62,475 nucleotides of DNA from a virus (lineage: Duplodnaviria > Caudoviricetes): IMG/VR virus record IMGVR_UViG_3300048599_000246, positions 1 through 62,475 of that record; one strand, 5' to 3'. The notes under the pieces are model-generated. The model ran no database searches. It was not told the DNA's origin and saw only the letters and a list, made by a program, of their open reading frames with translations. Made by a program: the position numbers and the translations under genes. Shown piece by piece: positions 28,867 to 38,200 of the stretch. Every line of letters begins with the position of its first letter. The first letter of the stretch is position 1.

Positions 28867-29256
28867 TTACGCCGCCGTCTTCATCGCTTCCGTCGACTCG
28901 CAGAGGACCATGCCACCCCACATGATCGCTGCTGCGTCGTCGTCGCCGTCGTCGGGGACCTGGCCCTTGAGCTTTCCTATCAACTTGAAGGCGTGGTCGA
29001 TGACGTGGTTCGCGCGTTCGATAGCGTAAGCAACGTCTCCGATGCCTTCGCGCCATTGGTCGGAATCCTTGTACTTCGTGGCGCCCTCGGCGGCGCGGGC
29101 GGTGAGCCTCCGCAGGGCGGTGTAAGGAATCGAATCGAACGACGGCGCGGGAGACGATAGCGCCCCGCACCCGAGGCGGAATTGCCCGCCTTCGGTCTTG
29201 TCTGGACACGTCCGCGGCGTGGCCGAAACTGCTTTGTGCAGCATGTTGTGTGTCAC
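28867..29256 (-). CDS. DUF5664 dATP/dGTP diphosphohydrolase-like domain protein
   Basis: FDSIPY.AL.RL.....EGATKY....WREG...H. Confidence 0.65.
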   Translation of the reverse strand: MTHNMLHKAVSATPRTCPDKTEGGQFRLGCGALSSPAPSFDSIPYTALRRLTARAAEGATKYKDSDQWREGIGDVAYAIERANHVIDHAFKLIGKLKGQVPDDGDDDAAAIMWGGMVLCESTEAMKTAA

Positions 29257-29267
29257 CTTTCCGGCGC

Positions 29268-29600
29268 CTAAGCGCCAACCCTCCGGCTCCCGACTTCAAG
29301 CCAGGTCTGTGAACACCAGTGCCCGAGCAGAGAGCCAGCCACGGTAAAGACGGTGTAGAAGACGGCGATACCGGCGGCTTTCAATTTGTCGGCGCGGGTC
29401 TTGTGGTCTTTCCGCAGTACCTTCATAAACGAATCAAGCAGGATGATCTGGGAGATGATCCAAATGCCGTTGGAGAAGACGGCCGCCAGCGCGTGATACT
29501 CGAGCGAGCCGGAATTGCGGGCGCGGCTGACTACGGTAAACGAGAGGTTCTGGACGATCAGGAGCGCGGCCCAGAGAAACCACTTCACGTAGGTGCTCAT
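29268..29600 (-). CDS. Small multi-pass membrane protein
   Basis: Three hydrophobic segments; QNLSFT.VSRARNSGS..YH..AAVFSNGIW. Confidence 0.65.
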   Translation of the reverse strand: MSTYVKWFLWAALLIVQNLSFTVVSRARNSGSLEYHALAAVFSNGIWIISQIILLDSFMKVLRKDHKTRADKLKAAGIAVFYTVFTVAGSLLGHWCSQTWLEVGSRRVGA

Positions 29601-30541
29601 GCGGCGAGCGGCCCCTTCTCCTGAAGCCAGCGCGTGGCGGCTTCGGGTACGGTCGGCAGTCTGCCGGCCCACTTGTCGAGTTCTTCTTCGTTGGCGTATT
29701 GATTGCCGAAGCCTTCGATCTTCCGGTGATCGACTATAAGCTGAACCCGGCCGTTGCTGCGCATCTCGGCCCGCAGGGTGATGCAGAGATGTTCGGGAAG
29801 GATCGGCGGGTACATCTTGTCTTCGGCGTAGCCGGAACGCGAGTCGTAAGCGGAACCGCAGAGGAATGCCCGCTGCGTGCGCCACTTGATCGTGCGCTCG
29901 CGCGCGTCCGTGAGCGCGAAGTGCCGCGGGCAGATGATCTCACCGCAAGCGTGGCTGTGCGCGGTGAGGACCAGGTCGGACACTACGAACTGTTCCGGCT
30001 TGAGCGCGGCGTTGGTCTTGCCCCCGGCGGTGACGGCTGCCGTGGTGCCGTGGTGCGCGTAGAGCGAGACGTTCAGGCGCGCGGTCGAACTGGCGCGCAG
30101 GACGATATTGCCGAAGCAGGAAACGCCAAAGTAGGGCATGCCTACGAGCGCGCAGAGGGTTTCATCCCACCCGAGCCCGACTTCTTTGTCGATTCGGTTC
30201 CCGTGGTTGCCACGGATTCCGCCGATGGCCTTGTCACGGACGGGCTGCATGAGCGCGACGGCCACGCGGCGCTGGTCACCTGGGTTCAGGGTTTGCTCGT
30301 AGAGATTCCCCTTCGACGCCTTGATGACGCATTCGCCAGCGTCCCCCATGTAGAGCCACCTGGCAAGAGGATCGTCTCGAACTTGCCGGACGACTTCGGA
30401 GATGAAGTTCACCGATGACTGCTTGGCGCCGACGTGCCAGCAGACGAAGGGGTACAAATGGACTTCCGGCCCTGGAGCTTCGCACCGGAAATAGCGCAAG
30501 TAGACCTCCCTTGTGGACACGTCCGGAGCGTGTCCGGACAT
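29597..30541 (-). CDS. Calcineurin-like metallophosphoesterase
   Basis: CWHVG, MGD, GNHG, HHG, AHSH. Confidence 0.75.
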   Translation of the reverse strand: MSGHAPDVSTREVYLRYFRCEAPGPEVHLYPFVCWHVGAKQSSVNFISEVVRQVRDDPLARWLYMGDAGECVIKASKGNLYEQTLNPGDQRRVAVALMQPVRDKAIGGIRGNHGNRIDKEVGLGWDETLCALVGMPYFGVSCFGNIVLRASSTARLNVSLYAHHGTTAAVTAGGKTNAALKPEQFVVSDLVLTAHSHACGEIICPRHFALTDARERTIKWRTQRAFLCGSAYDSRSGYAEDKMYPPILPEHLCITLRAEMRSNGRVQLIVDHRKIEGFGNQYANEEELDKWAGRLPTVPEAATRWLQEKGPLAA

Positions 30542-30590
30542 GCCCCAGACGTGATATTGAAAGGCAGACGCAGGGGCGCGATTGTGGCCC

Positions 30591-31937
30591 CTATTGCGAG
30601 ACGACGATCATCCTCTGTGCGGGAAGACCGTACGTTACGTACAAGTGCGGTTGCTTGTTGCTGGAATGTTGCGTGTCGTAGGAGAACATGACGATGCGAC
30701 ACGCGCCATAACTGGCGGCCGGGGGCTGAGAACTCATGATCGCCGCCATGCGCAGGGCCGTGTAGCCAGTCGTGGATACATGGGTGTTGTTGGCGGCGTT
30801 AAGTGTAAAGGTGGCACTCCCGGCAGATGGAACTGTGGTACCCACGGCAGAATATGCTGACGACCCTGGAGAAGTAACGTAATCAGAGGAATCAATCGGC
30901 CAGATGGAAGGTTGCGCCCAATCTATCATGAAAGTGCAAGCGGAAGAGGTATAGGACGTATCCGTGTAAACTGCCAACTGCGCACCGGAAACGACGGCGT
31001 TGTCCGGGAGCGAAGACGTGTCCCACCTCGCCAAAGACTGATAACGGGTGCAAGTTCCAGTGGTATTGCATATGTCGGCCGACCACAGGTTGCCGTAGTC
31101 GTTGACTTCGTAAGTTGTGGTCGGAGGCCATGTTGTCCCCGATACGCCCACCTGCGCATCGTCGGCGCCGACTGCCGTCAACCAGCCCGCCGTAGGGTCA
31201 ATGGTGTATGGAAACGCTCCTTTCGGGAACGCGGAATCGTCGCATGAGAAACTGATCGCACTGTCGGCCTGAGCCCACGCGGAGCAGGGAGTGATCGCAC
31301 CGTCTGCACGCACCATTTGGGCGCGCGTGATCCGGTATCGTCCATCGGGAGAGGTCAGGTCACCCGTGGTGGCATCCGCCGCCAGGCCAGCCCCATCGTC
31401 GGCATAGGTGAACGTGTACGTCTGCGCGCCGCGCGCCGCCGCGACTTCGCTTCGCAGGTCCCAGCCAGTTCCCCGGACCTCAATCTCCCAGTCAAGCCCC
31501 TGCTGTTGGAACGTGAACACGGAAGCATGGTCAAGATCCGCCGAGGGCGTCACGAGCCGGAAACCTGCCACTGTGGCGCCCGCTGGTGCGACAGCAAAAG
31601 TCGTTGGAACCACCTCGGGCGCCTTGTACTCAAACGAGTCGAGAACCTTCACCGCCACCGGTGTACCGGAAGTCTCATATCCGTCTGGCGCGGCCACTAC
31701 GGCAAGATCAGAGGCCTCGCCAACGTGTCCGATGACAGCGGTTCGCGTGCCGTCCGGCAGTGCGAAATGCACGGCCGTATTGTCTTGCTGCACCAGCACA
31801 GCGTCGGGGTGTTGGGCGAGGTAGTCGGCCTTGAGCGGGGAAGACTGCGAGTAAACGACTTGGCCCTGCCCGGCCGAGGGGATCTGGGCGAAGGCCGAGA
31901 GGGCCGTCAAGACGAAGGTTAGAAGCAGTTTTCGCAT
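30591..31937 (-). CDS. Signal-peptide-bearing protein with a C-terminal DNRLRE/CBM-like domain (putative adsorption protein)
   Basis: MRKLLLTFVLTALSAFA signal; FPYTIDPT; SLARWDTSSLP.NA.VSGAQL...QPHLYVTY. Confidence 0.6.
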   Translation of the reverse strand: MRKLLLTFVLTALSAFAQIPSAGQGQVVYSQSSPLKADYLAQHPDAVLVQQDNTAVHFALPDGTRTAVIGHVGEASDLAVVAAPDGYETSGTPVAVKVLDSFEYKAPEVVPTTFAVAPAGATVAGFRLVTPSADLDHASVFTFQQQGLDWEIEVRGTGWDLRSEVAAARGAQTYTFTYADDGAGLAADATTGDLTSPDGRYRITRAQMVRADGAITPCSAWAQADSAISFSCDDSAFPKGAFPYTIDPTAGWLTAVGADDAQVGVSGTTWPPTTTYEVNDYGNLWSADICNTTGTCTRYQSLARWDTSSLPDNAVVSGAQLAVYTDTSYTSSACTFMIDWAQPSIWPIDSSDYVTSPGSSAYSAVGTTVPSAGSATFTLNAANNTHVSTTGYTALRMAAIMSSQPPAASYGACRIVMFSYDTQHSSNKQPHLYVTYGLPAQRMIVVSQ

Positions 31938-32365
31938 TAATTGTTCCCCGTGTATTTGATCGAAAACATGATCTTTTTGGCGGTTCCGGAGATGAATTGC
32001 ACCCCTAGGTATCCGGACGTGGTGAGCGTGGAAGTAGAGAACGCCGTTGCCGCCGTGCTCCAGGCCGATGAACCGCACGTGAGATTGCTGCTGAGTGCGC
32101 TGGCGCCGCCGATCCGAACCTGGACCACCGCATCTGATGTGTCTGCCAAGCACCGGACGCTGACCAGCGTAACGGTGGAATTTTCCGGCGCCCAGATGCC
32201 GTCAATGGTGCGCAACGTCTGTGCTGTCGCCGGGTCTTCCCACCCGAAGTTTAGTTGGCGTGCCGGTTTGTTCTTGACCTGGCTACTCCAGTCGACCATG
32301 GTGGTCGAACCGGAAAGCGGGGCGCACAAAACGACGAATAAAATAGCAGATAGAATCCTTTTCAT
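31937..32365 (-). CDS. Signal-peptide-bearing tail-associated protein
   Basis: MKRILSAILFVVLCAPLSG signal; Ser/Thr-rich beta content. Confidence 0.6.
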   Translation of the reverse strand: MKRILSAILFVVLCAPLSGSTTMVDWSSQVKNKPARQLNFGWEDPATAQTLRTIDGIWAPENSTVTLVSVRCLADTSDAVVQVRIGGASALSSNLTCGSSAWSTAATAFSTSTLTTSGYLGVQFISGTAKKIMFSIKYTGNN

Positions 32366-33156
32366 TGGATGACCTCCACGACATCGCCGGCAACGCAGCC
32401 GGCGTTGAACACCACGGACCCACTACTCACCGTGTAGTCGAAACTCACGCCTACTCGCTGCTTTACGCCATTCAGGAACACCCACGGAGCCGTGATGGTA
32501 AAGCCGGGGGTGAAGGTCGTCTGCGCAGCGGTGGCGGAGAAGAACGTATCTCCAACGGACCCGATACCACCCGCTGCGGGTGTGAACCACCACGTCGGCG
32601 AACTACTTGGTGTGTTGCCCTGGTTATTGTTCCGAAGCGAGTAATACGGGAAGTTGGACGCCGTTACCAGGTCACCCTGGCTATATGATGCGCCGGAGTC
32701 GTAGTCGCCTTTAGCGGTGTATCCGACGCCTTGCGCGCCCGTGGCTCCTGTCGCGCCTGTCGCGCCCGTCGCGCCGGCAGTACCCTTGACGTTGGCTACA
32801 GCGGTCCCCCAGGTGCCGGATGCCTTCGGCCCGTATACGTCGCAGGAAGCGGTGTCGAAATACATGTCCCCGTTGCTGCCGAGGGAATCAGCGGGGGCGC
32901 CAGGACCTGAGTGGATAGTCGGGCTGTAACCTGTCGCGCCTTGCGCGCCCGTGGCTCCTGTCGCGCCTGTCGCGCCAGCGGTGCCCACAAGCTGCTGATA
33001 AGCGGACGGCCACGCACCCGCAGCTTTGGGACCATACAGGCGAACGTCTGCCGAGGATACGGCGTAGATCCCCCAGTCCCCGTCATTCCCGGTGCTTGCC
33101 GTGGGCGCAGCGGTGAGCGTGCGAAGTGCCGGGTTTGTAATGAATACAGGGTCCAT
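32362..33156 (-). CDS. Collagen-like tail fibre protein with a CBM5/12-like module
   Basis: GATGATGATGAQG repeats; YSQGDLV...TPSSSPTWW; VFLNGVKQ...DY. Confidence 0.75.
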   Translation of the reverse strand: MDPVFITNPALRTLTAAPTASTGNDGDWGIYAVSSADVRLYGPKAAGAWPSAYQQLVGTAGATGATGATGAQGATGYSPTIHSGPGAPADSLGSNGDMYFDTASCDVYGPKASGTWGTAVANVKGTAGATGATGATGATGAQGVGYTAKGDYDSGASYSQGDLVTASNFPYYSLRNNNQGNTPSSSPTWWFTPAAGGIGSVGDTFFSATAAQTTFTPGFTITAPWVFLNGVKQRVGVSFDYTVSSGSVVFNAGCVAGDVVEVIQ

Positions 33157-33163
33157 AGTGCTC

Positions 33164-33709
33164 CTAAGCTGCGACGGGATCGAGGCCCGCGGTACTCAAC
33201 AGACTGATTGGTTCATCTACGAACGGCCCCGCAATTCCGAGCAACGGCCCGGAGCCGTCGATCAACTTCGACGCCGGATTGCCGGACTCCGCGAAGAACA
33301 ACTCGAACGGCAGCGGTTTGGCGTCCACTTCCACTTTGGCCGCCATGAGCGTGCCGATTTCGACGTTGAAGTCGACCATGCGCTCGTGCGGAATCATCAT
33401 CTGGAGATTCGCTAGAATCTTCGGGTCCGCGATCTCCTCCGGAGTCATCGGCTCGGCGCGTAGCGTTTCGTGCGTTCCGATGTTAACCAGGGTCTTGATG
33501 CCCGGCTCCGGATCATCCGGGCGCACGGTGACGCCGTATTTCTTGAGGATTTTCGTCCGTTCCAAGTCGGCCGCCGTGAACTCCGGCAGGATGCGGGCGG
33601 CCAGGCGGTTGATCCGATAGCCCGCCAGGGGATCCGCGTACCCGCTTAGGGCGCCCAAAGAATCGAGCGCCGGTTTCGCGGAAAGAAGTTGTGCGATTGT
33701 GATTTTCAC
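33164..33709 (-). CDS. Hypothetical tail-region protein (fibre chaperone-like)
   Basis: Position after the fibre gene; AYRINRL...ER.KIL.KYG pattern. Confidence 0.5.
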   Translation of the reverse strand: MKITIAQLLSAKPALDSLGALSGYADPLAGYRINRLAARILPEFTAADLERTKILKKYGVTVRPDDPEPGIKTLVNIGTHETLRAEPMTPEEIADPKILANLQMMIPHERMVDFNVEIGTLMAAKVEVDAKPLPFELFFAESGNPASKLIDGSGPLLGIAGPFVDEPISLLSTAGLDPVAA

Positions 33710-33720
33710 TAGTCGTCCTT

Positions 33721-35280
33721 TTACGAATTGAGAAGCGCAATTTTGTAAGGGATGTTCCCCACGTTCACTATCAGGTAGTAACCGCTCGCGGCCCCGGCAG
33801 AAGATGCGGGCGAGTCACCAAAGAAATACACAGGTCCATCAACGGAGAGTGAGGTACAAGAAAACGTCCCCGTGAGGATAGAATTCCCCGCAATGTAAGT
33901 GCTTGTGCCGTTGCAGGTAAATATGGCCGCATTGGAGTAGCCAGCCCCCGAGCCAAGCTGGATTTTGCTGCTCGGCGCTATAATCTCGACGCCTGTGGAA
34001 AGAATGTTCACAGCCGACGCAGAACCGTAGGCCAACTGCAAAGAAGAAGCGGTGAGCGTCAGGCAGTTGGATCCTGCCACGACGACAATCCCGGTGGCCG
34101 CCAAAGTCAGGCTGCACGACGCCCCGTAGGTCAGGAAGATCCCCGTAGCGATGGTCTGAAGCGTATACGATCCACTAACGATGGTGAAACCGGAACTATT
34201 GAGCGTGGCCGAGGCAGCGGTGCCGTAGGCCATTTTGATCTGACTAGACGTGGCCGTGAGGGTGTAGGATCCGCTGACCGCCGTGAGTCCCGTTGACTGG
34301 AGTTGCAGGTATGGGTCCGTGGTCGAGCCGTTGACGTACCAGAGCGTTACGGCGCCGCTGGAGAGTGTCAGCGACCGGGATGATGCGTCCGCATAGAGCC
34401 CGATGCCTGTGCTCTGGATGACGACGTAGGGCGACGACGTGAGCCCGTTCGACCCTGACGCCACACCGTAGAGGTACAAGCCGGCGTTGGTGAGCGCTAT
34501 GACGGGGTTCCCAGAGCCTCGACTCAGGTACACGTCGCCCGCGAAGATTGTCGTTCCGTAAATAAGCTTCGCCACGCCCACGTTCGCAACGTTACTGTCA
34601 ACTACTGCGTTCGCTGCAAGCGCGCCATTGGCCGCGGTGACCGCGTTGGCAGCCATCGCGTTCGCGTACACGGTGGCGTTCTTGAGGAGCGTCCCGTCGA
34701 GCGTCGCAGGGTGATTGTCCGGCGCAAGGTCGAAATGATCCGCGCCGGCCCAGGCCGTCGTCTGCCGGACGACGGTCGAGTCCAGGGCACCGTTCTGCGT
34801 GGAGATGACGTACAGGGAGTAACGGAACGTCCGGCATGTAGCGCTGTTGGCCGGGTATACCCCGCTGGATTTCATCTCGGCCCCAGGAACAGTGAGCGTG
34901 TTCCAGCGCGTCGAACTGCTCATCTCGGCGGCATAGATCATGCGGCCGGTGTAGAAACTGGATTCGTTGGCTCCCTCCTTGTCTGCCGCTGGCGTCCAGA
35001 TGGCCCCGTTCAGAGTGCCTTTCTGTACCGTGACGAAGATGCCCCGCGCGTATGCCGACGTTGGAAGGGTAAGGTGCAGGGCGTGCGGGCTCCAGGATTT
35101 CGTGCCGTCCGCGTTGACCGTGTAGTCGATGTATTGACCGTCTCCGTTGGCAACAAACTGCGCATCCGTTATCTCGGTAGCGGTCGCTTCGCCGACAGGC
35201 GTCGTGCTTCCAGAGGATGAGGAGGAGCCCTGAAACGAGGCCCCTGTATACGACAGGATGTGAACCGAGTTGTTCGCCAT
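33721..35280 (-). CDS. Tail fibre/spike protein
   Basis: Ser/Thr/Gly-rich beta repeats; C-terminal PYKIALL. Confidence 0.7.
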   Translation of the reverse strand: MANNSVHILSYTGASFQGSSSSSGSTTPVGEATATEITDAQFVANGDGQYIDYTVNADGTKSWSPHALHLTLPTSAYARGIFVTVQKGTLNGAIWTPAADKEGANESSFYTGRMIYAAEMSSSTRWNTLTVPGAEMKSSGVYPANSATCRTFRYSLYVISTQNGALDSTVVRQTTAWAGADHFDLAPDNHPATLDGTLLKNATVYANAMAANAVTAANGALAANAVVDSNVANVGVAKLIYGTTIFAGDVYLSRGSGNPVIALTNAGLYLYGVASGSNGLTSSPYVVIQSTGIGLYADASSRSLTLSSGAVTLWYVNGSTTDPYLQLQSTGLTAVSGSYTLTATSSQIKMAYGTAASATLNSSGFTIVSGSYTLQTIATGIFLTYGASCSLTLAATGIVVVAGSNCLTLTASSLQLAYGSASAVNILSTGVEIIAPSSKIQLGSGAGYSNAAIFTCNGTSTYIAGNSILTGTFSCTSLSVDGPVYFFGDSPASSAGAASGYYLIVNVGNIPYKIALLNS

Positions 35281-38200
35281 TAGTTGGTGCTCCCCATCGT
35301 GAATCCGTCACTTTTGAGCCGGAGGACTATGCTTGGAGCGCCGTCGAAATCCTCCCCGGAAGCAGGCAAAACAGTAACCGTGTTCGTATCAGTCGTATCC
35401 TTCCAAATCGTGCATCGGCGCCCAGCCCACAGGCGTTTTGCTAGGGCCTGGAGCACGATCGGTTTAGAAGAAGTGATGCAACGGATATTCTGGTCGCTTA
35501 CCTTCTGCGTGTAATCGTCATAGATTGTGACTTCTGTTCCGGACTTGCCGGCAACGTGGATTTCGCGGAGCGGAGCGTTTACGGTATCGGCGCTCCCCTC
35601 GGAATTGCAGGCGAGAACCTGGATTACCCAAGTCTGCCCAGAGAGGTTGACCACGCTCGGTTGCGCCACGGTACCGACAATAGCCGCCGAATTCGCGAGC
35701 GCTTGGGTACCACTCTCCTGGGTCGTCTGCTGCGAAATGAACACGATCACGCTGGTAGAGTCCGGCCACACGTCCCACTTTTCAGAGAGCGTAACGGAAT
35801 CGTCCGTGTTGCTTGCGATCTGCCGGAGTTGGCCGGCGCCTGTACCTTTCAGAACCCACGCGAAGTCCCCCTCGTTCTGCCCGGCCACCATGCCGTCAGG
35901 GTAAAAACTGTTTACCAGGGCATCGGTGAATCCATCCGCCGTGACAGAGGTCGGCTGCATCCGAACGAACACCAGGTCGCCCACGCCAACGATGGTCGCG
36001 AGGTCCGGCGGCTGGACGCCGAGCGAGTTCGGCCCGATGGTCAGGGTAGTTGAATCATTCGATGCGACCTTGAAGTCAACAAAATCCACATCGTCGGAAT
36101 CGTTCGCCTTGCGCAGAACGCTCACGATACGCCCGGAGTAGGCGTTCGTCGCCATTCCGGTGACGTATTGCAATTTGATCGTGGTAGCCGTGACAGCCTC
36201 GACCGGCTGACCGGCAATACCACCCTTCGTCTCGCGGAAGGGGCACACCTCCAGGTGGTCGAGGCGCGAATCGGGTGCGCCTTCGGTCTGCGTGGTGAAC
36301 GTGCTAAGAGAAGCCGAGGACTGCCCGCTTGTAAGCGCGGCCTGCCTATACCAAGGGCCATTCGCGCCGTTCCGCGAGGCATAGAGCGAACCGCCCGCGG
36401 AGCCTGTGCCCCAGGTGAGCGCGCACGAAATCTGCTGCCCGGCCGACACCGTAACACTTGTCGGCAAACCCAGCCCCGTCGTCCTACCGCCCGAATTCAG
36501 CGCAGTAGCAGCGACGTAATAGGTCCCGGCCTCCAGGCCCCCGCCAGATGCTGCTGAAGCCGTCACGGTGGGCGCAGCGATGGAAGAGAGCGCCGTAGGC
36601 GGCTCGGTCCCCTTGATCTTCACCGAGGCGATACCGGAACCATCGGCGGCCAGGTCGTACACTACCTGAACTCCGAATCCAGCCGGGCGCGCCGGGTAGG
36701 CGTCTCCGGATTTTACTGCCGCATAGGCAGGGGACCAGGGATAAGGCACGTTCGAGACGGCCGGCACACTGAGCGCGCGGTATGGTGACGGCGCGGAAGT
36801 GCCCGCGAGCCCCACGGCCTTAGTGAACACTCTCGACCTCGGAACAAGATACAGCAGCCCGGCTTGTTCGGAGTTGGTACGCGTAACGGTGACCTTCGCC
36901 GTGCCGTGGCGCGCGGTCGTTCCAGCGGCGGCCGTGGAGTCCCCGTTGTAATCGAAAGACCAGGACTCGGCTATCTGCCCGTCGCAGTCTTGATCCCAGA
37001 GCGCGCGCACGCCGGAGAACACGCCGAAGGTCGCCGGAGGATCGTACTCGACAAGAAACGTCGTGCTCGTGCCATCGTTCGTCTGCGTAACCTTGAACGC
37101 CTGCCCGTCAATGGGCTGCACGTCTCCGGGCACAAGACTCGTGACGCCTTCAACCGGGACCGTGGTAGGCGTCACATCGGGCGGCTTAGGCCCGATGGTG
37201 TAGTCATACATGCTGTCGGTTGTGGTCGTGCCCGAAATTTCCACGGACCAATCGGGATTCAACCTCCAGGACGTGATACGGAACTCGCCAGTGCCGTTCG
37301 GCATGTCGGGGTGAGTCAGCGAGGAGCACTGGCCGACTTCGGAATGCAGGCCCAGGATCGTCGTCTTGAAAGTGATCTTGCGCGCGGCGGCCCACTCTGC
37401 GGCGGTGATTCCGCCCAACTCCTCACGTAGCCGCGTGATGATGATGCGCGCGACCTGAGAACGGGTCGAGGCACCGCAGAAGTTCATCTCGCCCTGCGTG
37501 TAGACGGGCGTATTGCTGCCGCCGGCCACGGCGAGCGCGTAGTCTTCGTCCTGAATCGGGAGGTTGTCATTCTTCCATTCGGACTTGTAGGTGCCGTCCG
37601 ACTGGTAAACCTGATATTCGGAGTTCGAGAAGTTCCCGACGAGGCGGTTGAATGCCGGATGGAAAGGCTCAAGAGAAAGCGAGTTGGCAATGATGTTGCC
37701 GGTGGTGTACGCCTCTACTGCGGAGGAGTTCTCGCGAATCCCGATCTTGAGTTTGTGGTTCGAGAAAGTGAACCAGCCCAGCGCGTTGTTGAGGATGTCC
37801 TGCAGCCACTCCCTCAGCGGCTTTTGGTCACGGATGATCCCGGAAAACACGAACTGCGTTTCCGTGCCCGTGCCGAAAATCCGGGTGACGGTCATGTTGC
37901 AGATCGACGCGGCGTCGTGACAAGCCTTGACGACGAAGGCCGCCTCTTGATCTGCCGCGGACGCGCGCCAGAGCCCCCGACTGCGGAGAAAAGCGTTTAC
38001 CGCAATCCAGACGGGGTTTGTCTGACATGCGGCCCACTGGCGGGTGAGTGTATCGTCCCAATACCAACCGCCGAGGCCTGCATCAACCGTGCAGACCATC
38101 GTGTGCGTGGTGATCTCGGCGAGTTGAAGCCCCGCCGCATCGCTGCGACGGATCTCAAGGAACGCAGTCCCGCCAGCGAATACGTCGGCATACATGTTGC

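Noticed and set aside
28867-29256. Z-base (2-aminoadenine) genome pathway
   Set aside because: A DUF5664-like gene is present, but no PurZ or phage DNA polymerase was recognised
32725-32980. Duplicated ~40-bp segments in the fibre gene as a DGR TR/VR pair
   Set aside because: They encode collagen Gly-X-Y repeats; no reverse transcriptase and no adenine-specific differences seen
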